Below, in pieces: positions 10,088-18,124 of a stretch of DNA of 64,000 nt. The translations under genes were made by a program, and so were the position numbers. The notes under the pieces were generated by a model. It did no database searches and had not been told where the DNA came from. It saw nothing but the letters and a program-made list of their open reading frames with translations. Each line of letters starts with the position of its first letter. Position 1 is the stretch's first letter. This stretch comes from Geopsychrobacteraceae bacterium (GTDB taxonomy: Bacteria > Desulfobacterota > Desulfuromonadia > Desulfuromonadales > Geopsychrobacteraceae). The DNA lies in assembly GCA_963676795.2 (NCBI GenBank), contig CAXXTB010000001.1, forward strand, positions 1,120,001 through 1,184,000, read 5' to 3'.

Positions 10088-11152
10088 CTACTGAAATTTT
10101 CCGAGATAAGGGCTCGAGAAACTTCCAGCTTTTGCATCCTGGAGCCGCTTTCGGGCATAGTCGATGACCTCCTGCCCCGCTATGCCCTTGCTTTGGGTTT
10201 TGTTGATATAGTTGTCGATGACAGGCTGAACTTCCTCCTTCCAGGCCTGGGCTTCCTGTGGTTCAACGGTGATGATCTCATTGCCGAGACTCTTGCTGTA
10301 AGCCAAGCCCCGTTGAGAGGCTTTTTCCCAGGCTTCGCCATGTTTGGCCGCCCAGATGGGGCTAAGCTGGTCGATGACCTTTTTGACATCGTCGTCAAGG
10401 CTCTCCCAGGTTTGTTTGTTCATGATGACGTAGAGGCCTGTCGAAAAGGCTATCGGATCGCAGATGATGTCATACTTGGCCACTTCGGCAAAATTCCAGT
10501 TCTGTCCTGCGGCGAAGTCCCAGGTTCCTCCTTCGACTTTATCGTTAAGCAAGGCGTCGAAAAGTTTGCCCATCGGCAACGAGACAGGAATGCCGCCCAT
10601 GGTTGTAATGATCTGGTCGGCATCACCGAGGTAGTGAATCTTTTTGTTGCGCCAGTCCGCGGCCTTGGTCACTGGCTGTTTTTTGGTGTGCAGGTAGTGG
10701 GCACCTGGTGACATCAGGTAGATGACTTTGACACTTGCAAACTCGTCAGGTTGGAATTTCTCATAAACTTCATTGATGATGGCGGTGTTGATCTGGCCAT
10801 TGGAGAAGCCTAAGGGAAGGCCGATAAAATCCATAAGGGGAAAGCGCCCACGGGTATATTGCATGACCGAGAAGCCGATATCGACATAGCCATGCTGGAC
10901 GGCATTGTAGGTCTGGGGGCCACTGACCTTGGTTTCTGCAGGATAAAATTGAATGGAAATTTTGCCATTTGTCCGTGATTCGACTTCGCGAATCCATTCC
11001 TTTATCAATTGGCTATGGATGTCTGCTTCAGGGTGATGGGCAACATAGGTCAAGGTGCGTGGGGCTGCGACAACGCAGGTTGGTTGCAGAGTGCAGACAA
11101 GACAGGCGAGTAATGTCAGCGAGATTAAAAGATCAAAAGTTCTTCCGTTCAT
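10088..11152 (-). CDS. TRAP transporter substrate-binding protein (DctP family)
   Basis: Signal peptide; EVESRTNGKI.I.FYP, YT.GRFPL motifs. Confidence 0.9.
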   Translation of the reverse strand: MNGRTFDLLISLTLLACLVCTLQPTCVVAAPRTLTYVAHHPEADIHSQLIKEWIREVESRTNGKISIQFYPAETKVSGPQTYNAVQHGYVDIGFSVMQYTRGRFPLMDFIGLPLGFSNGQINTAIINEVYEKFQPDEFASVKVIYLMSPGAHYLHTKKQPVTKAADWRNKKIHYLGDADQIITTMGGIPVSLPMGKLFDALLNDKVEGGTWDFAAGQNWNFAEVAKYDIICDPIAFSTGLYVIMNKQTWESLDDDVKKVIDQLSPIWAAKHGEAWEKASQRGLAYSKSLGNEIITVEPQEAQAWKEEVQPVIDNYINKTQSKGIAGQEVIDYARKRLQDAKAGSFSSPYLGKFQ

Positions 11153-11382
11153 AGACCCTCCGTTGGTTTAGACAAATGCAAAATGGACCATGACAGTGCT
11201 GGCAACAGAGAGAAGCATTAGCGGAGATGGACGCCTGCTAATTCTGTGCGGTGGTTAACAATAGGTTATGGCTGTTCTGCAAATCAAGGGAAATGTGAAT
11301 ATCTTAACGAAAGGCCATGTCGTTTAACTATATGAAATTGCGTATTATATGATGATCCATTGTGGCGGGTGAGCTGAGTGGC

Positions 11383-12234
11383 TCAGATGAGTGGATTGTT
11401 AATGTACGTATTACATATCTCTTCATAGTCACCAGGGCAGAGCAGTCTTTCCGAAATGCATTTAGCGGTCTGGCGCGTTTTGTTGATTGTTGTTTCAGCG
11501 TCAAGGTGATCTTTACGACTATAGGGAGCAACAACGACGACTCCTGCCGTCGCTCGCCCGTTACTGTCAAAGACCGGTGCGGCGATTGCATAAATGTTGC
11601 TGTTATGCTGTCTGTCATCCACTGAATATCCTGTGAGGACAATCTTGCTGTAATCCCTGAACAGCAGCTCATGATCGGTATTGGTGGTTGCGCAAAAGCG
11701 GGGAAGTGGCTGGCTGAGCCAGGTTGACACCAGGCGCGGGTGGCTATAGGCCGCGATGCACTTGGCCCCTGCGTGAACGTGTGGATAGACCCTGTCGCCG
11801 ACAGTCAGTGAGACAGATACGGGCTGAGGGCTGCGGGCAACATAGGCGAGGAAAATATGATTCCCCGCAAGCAGTTCGAAATGGACGGTTTCCGAAACTT
11901 CGTCGCGAAGTTGATCACAGAATGGTTGTGCAATCAGGGTGCTTTGTCCATCGAGGCTCTGATTGATCGCTTTGCTTAGCCGGGAGATCATCGGTCCGAG
12001 GCTGTATTGTCTGGTTTCCTGATTCTGGATCAGGAAGCCTTCGCGGTGAAGAGTCATCAGGATTCTGCTGACGGTTGACTTGTTAAATCCGAGATGTTCG
12101 GCGATTTCCAGTGTTCCCGCAGTACTTTTCTGCTCAGCAAAGAAAGCCAGAACTCTGGTCAGTTTTTCCAGGGCATTCGGTTTCTCTGTACGCTCTGTCA
12201 AATTCTGTATTTCGTGCAACAATTCCGCTCTCAT
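11383..12234 (-). CDS. IclR family transcriptional regulator
   Basis: N-terminal HTH (EIAEHLGFNKSTVSRIL.TL), YSLGP, IAAPVFD. Confidence 0.92.
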   Translation of the reverse strand: MRAELLHEIQNLTERTEKPNALEKLTRVLAFFAEQKSTAGTLEIAEHLGFNKSTVSRILMTLHREGFLIQNQETRQYSLGPMISRLSKAINQSLDGQSTLIAQPFCDQLRDEVSETVHFELLAGNHIFLAYVARSPQPVSVSLTVGDRVYPHVHAGAKCIAAYSHPRLVSTWLSQPLPRFCATTNTDHELLFRDYSKIVLTGYSVDDRQHNSNIYAIAAPVFDSNGRATAGVVVVAPYSRKDHLDAETTINKTRQTAKCISERLLCPGDYEEICNTYINNPLI

Positions 12235-12260
12235 GCTTTCAGAAATAACCTGCGTTTCTT

Positions 12261-12291
12261 AAAAAACGGGGCGGAACATCTGTTCCGCCCC
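12261..12291 (-). terminator. Terminator-like hairpin just upstream of IclR start
   Basis: GGGGCGGAACA-GA-TGTTCCGCCCCGTTTTTT on minus strand. Confidence 0.65.
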
Positions 12292-12391
12292 AATTAGCAA
12301 GCAAACGAGGTTGGGTGCGTGAACGCTGACGCACTTCTGTTGTTTTGTCACAGGGGGGATTGCGCTCTTTATCCCTTGTGATTCATGAATC

Positions 12392-12502
12392 TCAGTCTTT
12401 TGCCGCTCGGAGCATGACGATGAGAACTGAAGAAATGAATGTCATTCCGGCGATGACACCCAGCGCTGTTATGATCAGTAGCCAGTCGATTTCCATACCC
12501 AT
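12392..12502 (-). CDS. Small single-pass membrane peptide (36 aa), not in ORF track
   Basis: GGGAG RBS; MGMEIDWLLIITALGVIAGMTFISSVLIVMLRAAKD. Confidence 0.55.
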   Translation of the reverse strand: MGMEIDWLLIITALGVIAGMTFISSVLIVMLRAAKD

Positions 12503-12863
12503 TTTTGTCTCCCGTACAAAAAATAGAAATCCATAATAAATATGAAAACTTATAATTAGTGAACAATGATCCCTTTATCAGGAAGGCTTTTCTGCTTTTG
12601 TGATTTTCTTCTTGTTAATTTAAGGCCATTTGAACACCGTAGGTCCTTGCGGGTAGCTGGATTCGATTTCTCGTGGTGAACTGCTTGACTGCCGGGTGTT
12701 TTTAATGTCAGCATCATCCTTATATCTCAATTATTTAAAGGTGCTTTGTTGAAGTTGAAAAGAAATGTAAAGTTTTTGTAAATCGTCTGGCCTGGTTGCA
12801 GGTGGAATGCTAAGAAAAATGGTAAAGTTAAGGAACTCCGTTAAATCACAGGGATAGGCCTTT

Positions 12864-13562
12864 ATGACAGTAATGAAGATTCTGCTGATCGACGATGACA
12901 CCAAGCTCTGCCGTTTGATAGCGGATTACCTTGATCCTATGGGCTATCGGGTCGATGCGGCTCATACCGGGCAGCAGGGCTTAAGGATGTTGAAGGAGTC
13001 GGAATACCATGCCGTTATTCTGGACGTCATGATGCCTGGCCTCGATGGTTTTGAAACTCTTCAGCAGATGCGCCGGATATCGGATGTACCGGTGTTGATG
13101 TTAACTGCCAGAGACGAAGAAACGGACCGTATTGTCGGGCTGGAGATGGGCGCGGATGATTATCTGCCAAAGACTTTTTCTTCCCGGGAGTTGTTGGCCC
13201 GTTTACGGGCAGTGACGCGCCGCTATCAGAAGCAGGCCGTTCCGGTCAATGATGAGCGCAACATGGTTTTCGGAGCTCTGAAAATCGATCCGGATTCTCA
13301 CTCGGTCACTTTGGATGATGAGGATCTCAGCCTGACGCCGATCGAATTTGATCTTCTCTACAACCTGACCAAAGCCGCCGGGAGGGTTCTGACCCGGGAT
13401 CAGCTGCTTGATTCGGTTGCCGGACGTCATTATGATGTTTTTGATCGTTCGATCGATGTCCATATCTCTTCTCTGCGCCGCAAGCTTGGTGAAGATCCTC
13501 GCAATCCCCGCTATATCCAGACGATCCGGTCGGTTGGTTATCTGTTCAAGAAAGATGTGTAA
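12864..13562 (+). CDS. OmpR/CpxR-family response regulator
   Basis: REC domain (IDDD, LDVMMP, GADDYLPK) plus winged helix (RSIDVHISSLRRKL). Confidence 0.95.
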   Translation: MTVMKILLIDDDTKLCRLIADYLDPMGYRVDAAHTGQQGLRMLKESEYHAVILDVMMPGLDGFETLQQMRRISDVPVLMLTARDEETDRIVGLEMGADDYLPKTFSSRELLARLRAVTRRYQKQAVPVNDERNMVFGALKIDPDSHSVTLDDEDLSLTPIEFDLLYNLTKAAGRVLTRDQLLDSVAGRHYDVFDRSIDVHISSLRRKLGEDPRNPRYIQTIRSVGYLFKKDV

Positions 13563-13568
13563 CTGTCA

Positions 13569-15032
13569 ATGATATCACCGCGCTCCTCTCTGTTTGTCAA
13601 GATCCTCTTCTGGTTGTTTCTGAACCTGACGTTTCTTCCGATTATCCTGATTGTCGCTTCCACTGTTTTTAATCATCAGATCATCATTCACGATATTCTC
13701 AGTTTCCAGAGCCATGATCGGATGCGCAAAGCATTCATGCTGATCACCGACGAGTTGGCCGAAACACCGGAGCGTGACTGGAATGAGACCCTGAAGCATT
13801 TTGCCGTGGGCTATCAGGTTGATCTGGTTCTGATGTTCGAAGACGGGACCTATTTTTCTTCGATTGAATTTGACCCTGATCCGGCGATTCAAAAGAAGGT
13901 CAGCTACTCCATTGAACAGTCACGGACCCTGCAGCGCGAGCAGTCGGAAGGGAAAAAGGTGCCGCTGCTGCCCGAAGTCAACCCGATTCATCCTGATCTG
14001 TTGATGCAGACCGAGGATCCCAATCTGTTCTGGACCGGGGTGGTTGTCAGTGTTCCTTATGGGGCGCAGCGCTGGATGACACCGGTCATGCTTGCGTCGG
14101 TGTCCGATTCGGTTACCGGCAACGGTTTTCTCTTTGACCCTATGCCCTGGCTGATGATCTTTGGTGTCGTTGGTCTGATTTCAATTGTTCTGTGGATTCC
14201 GGTGATCCGCCATATTACCCAGCCACTCGGGCGGATGATGCGAGCCACGGAAAAGATCGCTACCGGTAACTTTGATGTCGCGATTCCGGAAACACGCCAG
14301 GACGAAATCGGCCGCCTGGGCAAGGCGATCAATCGGATGAGCCGTCAACTCGAGGACTTCGTCAAGGGGCAGCGCCGCTTTATGGGGGATGTCGCCCATG
14401 AACTCGGGTCGCCTATTGCCCGGATTCAGTTCGGGCTGGGCGCCCTGGAACAGCGCGTTGATGAAAACAACAAGCTGCGCGTTCAGGAGGTCATGGAGGA
14501 TGTCAATCACATGTCCGATCTGTGCCGGGAACTGCTTGAACTGACGCGCATCGACCTGGCGACCAGGGTTGTCAATCTGGAATCGGTGCGGCTGTTGCCT
14601 CTGATCGAAACCGCGGTCAGAAGGGAGTTCCACCCATCGACAGAGATTATTGTCAGGGTCCCCCAAACTCTTCATGCTTTGGCGAATCCCGATCTGTTAC
14701 TGAGGGCGATCTCGAATCTGATTCGTAATGCTGTCAAATATGCCGGAGATGACGGGCCGGTCACGATTTCAGCCGTGCAGAAGGATTGTCTGGTGCAGAT
14801 CGAGGTGAGGGATAATGGCCCGGGGGTTGCTGAAGAGTATTTCGAGAAGATGTTCGAGCCTTTTTATCGGCCGGATGCTTCCAGAAACCGCGACCTGGGC
14901 GGGACCGGTCTCGGCCTGGCCATCGTCAAGTCCTGCGTCGACAGCTGTGATGGGAGTATCAGCGTGGCCAACCTTGAACCACGTGGTTTTGCAGTTACGG
15001 TGACGCTGATGATCGGCAGCAGGACGGTGTGA
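13569..15032 (+). CDS. HAMP-domain sensor histidine kinase
   Basis: Two TM segments, HAMP, AHELGSP H-box, N/G boxes. Confidence 0.95.
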   Translation: MISPRSSLFVKILFWLFLNLTFLPIILIVASTVFNHQIIIHDILSFQSHDRMRKAFMLITDELAETPERDWNETLKHFAVGYQVDLVLMFEDGTYFSSIEFDPDPAIQKKVSYSIEQSRTLQREQSEGKKVPLLPEVNPIHPDLLMQTEDPNLFWTGVVVSVPYGAQRWMTPVMLASVSDSVTGNGFLFDPMPWLMIFGVVGLISIVLWIPVIRHITQPLGRMMRATEKIATGNFDVAIPETRQDEIGRLGKAINRMSRQLEDFVKGQRRFMGDVAHELGSPIARIQFGLGALEQRVDENNKLRVQEVMEDVNHMSDLCRELLELTRIDLATRVVNLESVRLLPLIETAVRREFHPSTEIIVRVPQTLHALANPDLLLRAISNLIRNAVKYAGDDGPVTISAVQKDCLVQIEVRDNGPGVAEEYFEKMFEPFYRPDASRNRDLGGTGLGLAIVKSCVDSCDGSISVANLEPRGFAVTVTLMIGSRTV

Positions 15033-15228
15033 ACCAGAGGACCGGACTTCAGCCGAAGAACCTGCTGCCGATCCCGCCTTCGATTGAAGGGGGATGCCTT
15101 TGTCTGTATTTCAATCAATTTCTGCCTGCAGTTGAGTTGATTCGCAGGGAGGTTTGAGGTTAAATGGTCAGCTGAGTCCTGCCCGTCCTGTCGGGAAGAC
15201 TAACCTCATCGCCAGAAGGAGTAACTTC

Positions 15229-15873
15229 ATGCACAATATCCTCAGGACGGCTTTATCAAAAAGGTTTTCGACCAAGGTCTTTAACCCTGAGAAAATGGCC
15301 GACAGCGAAAAGGTTCAGGCCATCGTAGATACCTTGCATCTGGCTCCTTCCTCCCTCAATTGTCAGCCCTGGCATGTCTTCATCATAACCGACAAACAGC
15401 GAAAAGCCGAGCTGGCAATCACGGCCAAGGCTCACAATCAATCCAAGTTCATCAATGCCTCGCACCTGTTTGTGTTCTGTCGCAAAATCGATTTTACCGC
15501 AGGTGACATCGAGCGGGTTGTCTGTCTGACCGATGAGCTTCGTGGCGATGGCTCCGGAACCCGGCAGCGGGAGAAGCTGCATAACAATATTCTGGTGGAA
15601 AAGGACCTCGGGCGCCGTCAGCGCTGGATGGACAATCAGGTCTATCTGCAGCTTGGCCAGTTCCTGACCTGCTGTGCTCTGCTTGAGCTGGAAAGCTGTC
15701 CTATTGAAGGTTTTGATGCCGCTGAGATGACCCGCCTGATGGGCCTCCGTGACCAGGGGCTTGAGGTCGTTGTAACTGCGGTTGTCGGGATCGGTAGTGA
15801 AGAGGACTATACCCATTGCGGCAAGGGAGAGAAGGTCCGTTTTGATAATGAGGAGATTGTCACATACCTTTAA
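15229..15873 (+). CDS. Nitroreductase (NfsB-like)
   Basis: RFSTK.F, APSS.NCQPW, CPIEGFD; AGGAG RBS before ATG 15229. Confidence 0.9.
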   Translation: MHNILRTALSKRFSTKVFNPEKMADSEKVQAIVDTLHLAPSSLNCQPWHVFIITDKQRKAELAITAKAHNQSKFINASHLFVFCRKIDFTAGDIERVVCLTDELRGDGSGTRQREKLHNNILVEKDLGRRQRWMDNQVYLQLGQFLTCCALLELESCPIEGFDAAEMTRLMGLRDQGLEVVVTAVVGIGSEEDYTHCGKGEKVRFDNEEIVTYL

Positions 15874-15972
15874 TTCCAAGCCGTGGTGAAAATGCAGGAA
15901 TAAATGCGTTTTTGAGCGGTTTTAGACCGGGAAATCGGGCCTCCTTTCCTGATGTCATAATGTAATTTCCGG

Positions 15973-16000
15973 TTGCATCATCCGGTAAAAAGTCTATAAT
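15973..16000 (+). promoter_or_regulatory. Candidate sigma70 promoter
   Basis: TTGCAT-N16-TATAAT about 265 nt upstream of SDR start. Confidence 0.5.
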
Positions 16001-16267
16001 TGGCAGGCTTGAAAAGGCAAGTTTGTCAAATAAACAGGGGTTTTGATCGACCGCTCAAGGATGACGCGGAACAAACACCTGTCGTCTGATGCCGCATTGG
16101 GCTTTCTGTTCGCAGAAGGCTTTCGGAATTCCACTCTTTCACCTGGTCTTTGCCAGCTGGAAGAACTTCGTCTTGAGCAAAACCGCTAGTTTTTGCTTTT
16201 TAACCCACTTAATTGATTCGGCTATCCATTGGGGTAACGATCAATTAACCAACAGGAGGATTTTGAC

Positions 16268-17083
16268 ATGGCAATGACCGCAACTTGGAGCGACGATTTC
16301 GCAAAGAACATTTTCGACCTGAAAGACAAGGTCGCTGTTATCACCGGTGGTAACGGTACCCTGGGTGCTGCTTACGCTCAGGCTTTCGCTCTGCACGGCG
16401 CTAAAGTCGTTGTTACCGCACGAAACATGGCTACCCTGGAAGAAACCGTTAAGTCTGTTACCGCTGCTGGTGGTACCTGTATCGCTATCGCTTCCGACGT
16501 TACCAGCGTAGAAAGCCAGGAAGCCCTGGTTAAAGAAATCGACGCTAAATTCGGTCGTATCGACATCCTGGTCAACAACGCTGGTATGGCTTTCCGTGCC
16601 CCGGCTGACCAGATGCCAGCTGACAAGTTCATGCAGGTTCAGCAAGTCAACGTTCTTGGTACCCTGATTCCTTGCCAGGCTTTCGGCAAGTACTTCATGA
16701 CCAAGGGCAAAGGCAAGATCGTTAACACTTCTTCCGTTCGTGGTTTCTGTGGCCACCCGGACGGTTACACCGCTTACGCAGCTTCCAAAGCTGCTGTTGA
16801 CAGCCTGACCAAGCAGATCGCTACCGAGTGGGCTCTCAAAGGTGTTAAAGAAGGTTTCACCATCAACGTCAACGCTATCGCTCCGACCCTGGTCAAGTCT
16901 CCTCTGACCCAGGAAATCTGCGAAGATCCTAAGCGTATCGCTCCATTCCTGGCTCGTCTGCCAATGGGCCGCGTTGCAGAAACCAGCGACATGATCGGTC
17001 TGGTTCTGTTCTTCTCTGCACCTGCTTCTGACTTCATCACCGGTCAGATCGTTTACGTTGACGGTGGTTGTACTGCAGGCTAA
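16268..17083 (+). CDS. Short-chain dehydrogenase/reductase (gluconate 5-dehydrogenase-like)
   Basis: TGGxGxxG, NNAG, YxxSK; strong codon bias; AGGAGG RBS. Confidence 0.92.
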   Translation: MAMTATWSDDFAKNIFDLKDKVAVITGGNGTLGAAYAQAFALHGAKVVVTARNMATLEETVKSVTAAGGTCIAIASDVTSVESQEALVKEIDAKFGRIDILVNNAGMAFRAPADQMPADKFMQVQQVNVLGTLIPCQAFGKYFMTKGKGKIVNTSSVRGFCGHPDGYTAYAASKAAVDSLTKQIATEWALKGVKEGFTINVNAIAPTLVKSPLTQEICEDPKRIAPFLARLPMGRVAETSDMIGLVLFFSAPASDFITGQIVYVDGGCTAG

Positions 17084-17104
17084 TCCCTGCAAACACACGC
17101 AGTC

Positions 17105-17142
17105 AAAAAGACCCTCTTCCGTATGGAAGAGGGTCTTTTTTT
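17105..17142 (+). terminator. Intrinsic terminator
   Basis: AAAAAGACCCTCTTCC-GTAT-GGAAGAGGGTCTTTTTTT. Confidence 0.9.
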
Positions 17143-17160
17143 ATGCCTGTTTCAAGTTCA

Positions 17161-17603
17161 TCAAGCCGGAGACCGGCTTTGCGATTGCGCGAATTCGAGA
17201 CGCGCAGCGACTCGTCTGAGCGAGCGGAGAATAGCAGCCCCAAGGCTACGAAGAGTGTCAGCAACAAACTCTGTCAGTGTTTTTGAGGCGCTTTCTTTTG
17301 GTTGCGTTTTCTTTGTCGCGACAAAGAAAATGAACCCGGCTGGCGGGCCGGGACCCGCCGGTTCTGTCTTCTGGGTTTGAGGATTTTACAGGTAGGCAAG
17401 ATCGCGGGGTCTCGCCCCCGCTCGGCGCCTTACTCTTTTGCCTTGCCGCAAAAGAGTAAACAGAAAAAGGCAGTTAAAAGCTGACGAAAATTGGTAACGC
17501 ATTCTTCGTAGCTTCACACCAGCAACTGACAGCGCGCCCCACGGTGAGCTTTGCTCACCTAATGGGCAGAACCGGAAAAAACTCAGCGTTGCGGAGTTTT
17601 GAT
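17161..17603. repeat. Modular intergenic repeat copy 1 (cap A half + cap B half, tail-to-tail)
   Basis: Left half closely matches reverse complement of 50290-50498; right end matches 27910-27970 and reverse complement of 34960-35020. Confidence 0.85.
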
Positions 17604-17615
17604 GGGTGGAACAGG

Positions 17616-17657
17616 CATAGCAAAGAGCCCGGATTAGAATCCGGGCTCTTTGCTATG
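17616..17657. terminator. Long perfect hairpin ending the minus-strand oxidoreductase operon
   Basis: CATAGCAAAGAGCCCGGATT-AG-AATCCGGGCTCTTTGCTATG. Confidence 0.7.
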
Positions 17658-17667
17658 AGGGCTGAGG

Positions 17668-18123
17668 TTAATTCTCGGAGAGAAAATGCTCGTCGTAGGC
17701 GGTTTCGAAGTTCAGCTTGTGAGTACTCTCTTCGCGCGCCAGCTGTTTGAAGAGCGTCTGCAACGAGGCATCACTGACGCGGGCTGCCAGGTCGTTGTAG
17801 AGATCCATGGCGGCTTTTTCCCGTTTGATGGCGACGATCAGCAGATCCTGATAACTCATCTGCGGGGTCGGGATGACATCGACCAGGTAGTCGCCGATCT
17901 TCAGATCAACAACCTCACTGGTTCCCTTCATTACCGCCTCGCCGGCCTTGGCGGCCTGCAGCTTGCTTTTATGCCCCATTTCAACCCCGACGAGGGCGGT
18001 CAGAGTCTTCTGCAGGGCCGGGTTTTCCGTGACCTTGGCCAGCTCAGCGTAAAAATCCGCGGCTTCCTGTTCGCGGGCAATGGCAAAGTCGAGCGCAGCA
18101 TCGATCGAATCGAGATTTTCCAT
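17668..18123 (-). CDS. Ferritin/rubrerythrin-like diiron protein
   Basis: Duplicated AIxRE..A..FY..LA / ExxH motifs; GAGGAGG RBS before ATG 18123. Confidence 0.88.
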   Translation of the reverse strand: MENLDSIDAALDFAIAREQEAADFYAELAKVTENPALQKTLTALVGVEMGHKSKLQAAKAGEAVMKGTSEVVDLKIGDYLVDVIPTPQMSYQDLLIVAIKREKAAMDLYNDLAARVSDASLQTLFKQLAREESTHKLNFETAYDEHFLSEN

Positions 18124-18124
18124 G

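Noticed and set aside
12788..12800. TGGCCTGGTTGCA as sigma54 promoter
   Set aside because: GG-to-GC spacing is too short.
17068..17750. Short ORFs shared between repeat copies (e.g. KKMNPAGGPGPAG, MSFAHLMGRT)
   Set aside because: Frames are not preserved across copies; conservation fits nucleic-acid structure rather than coding.
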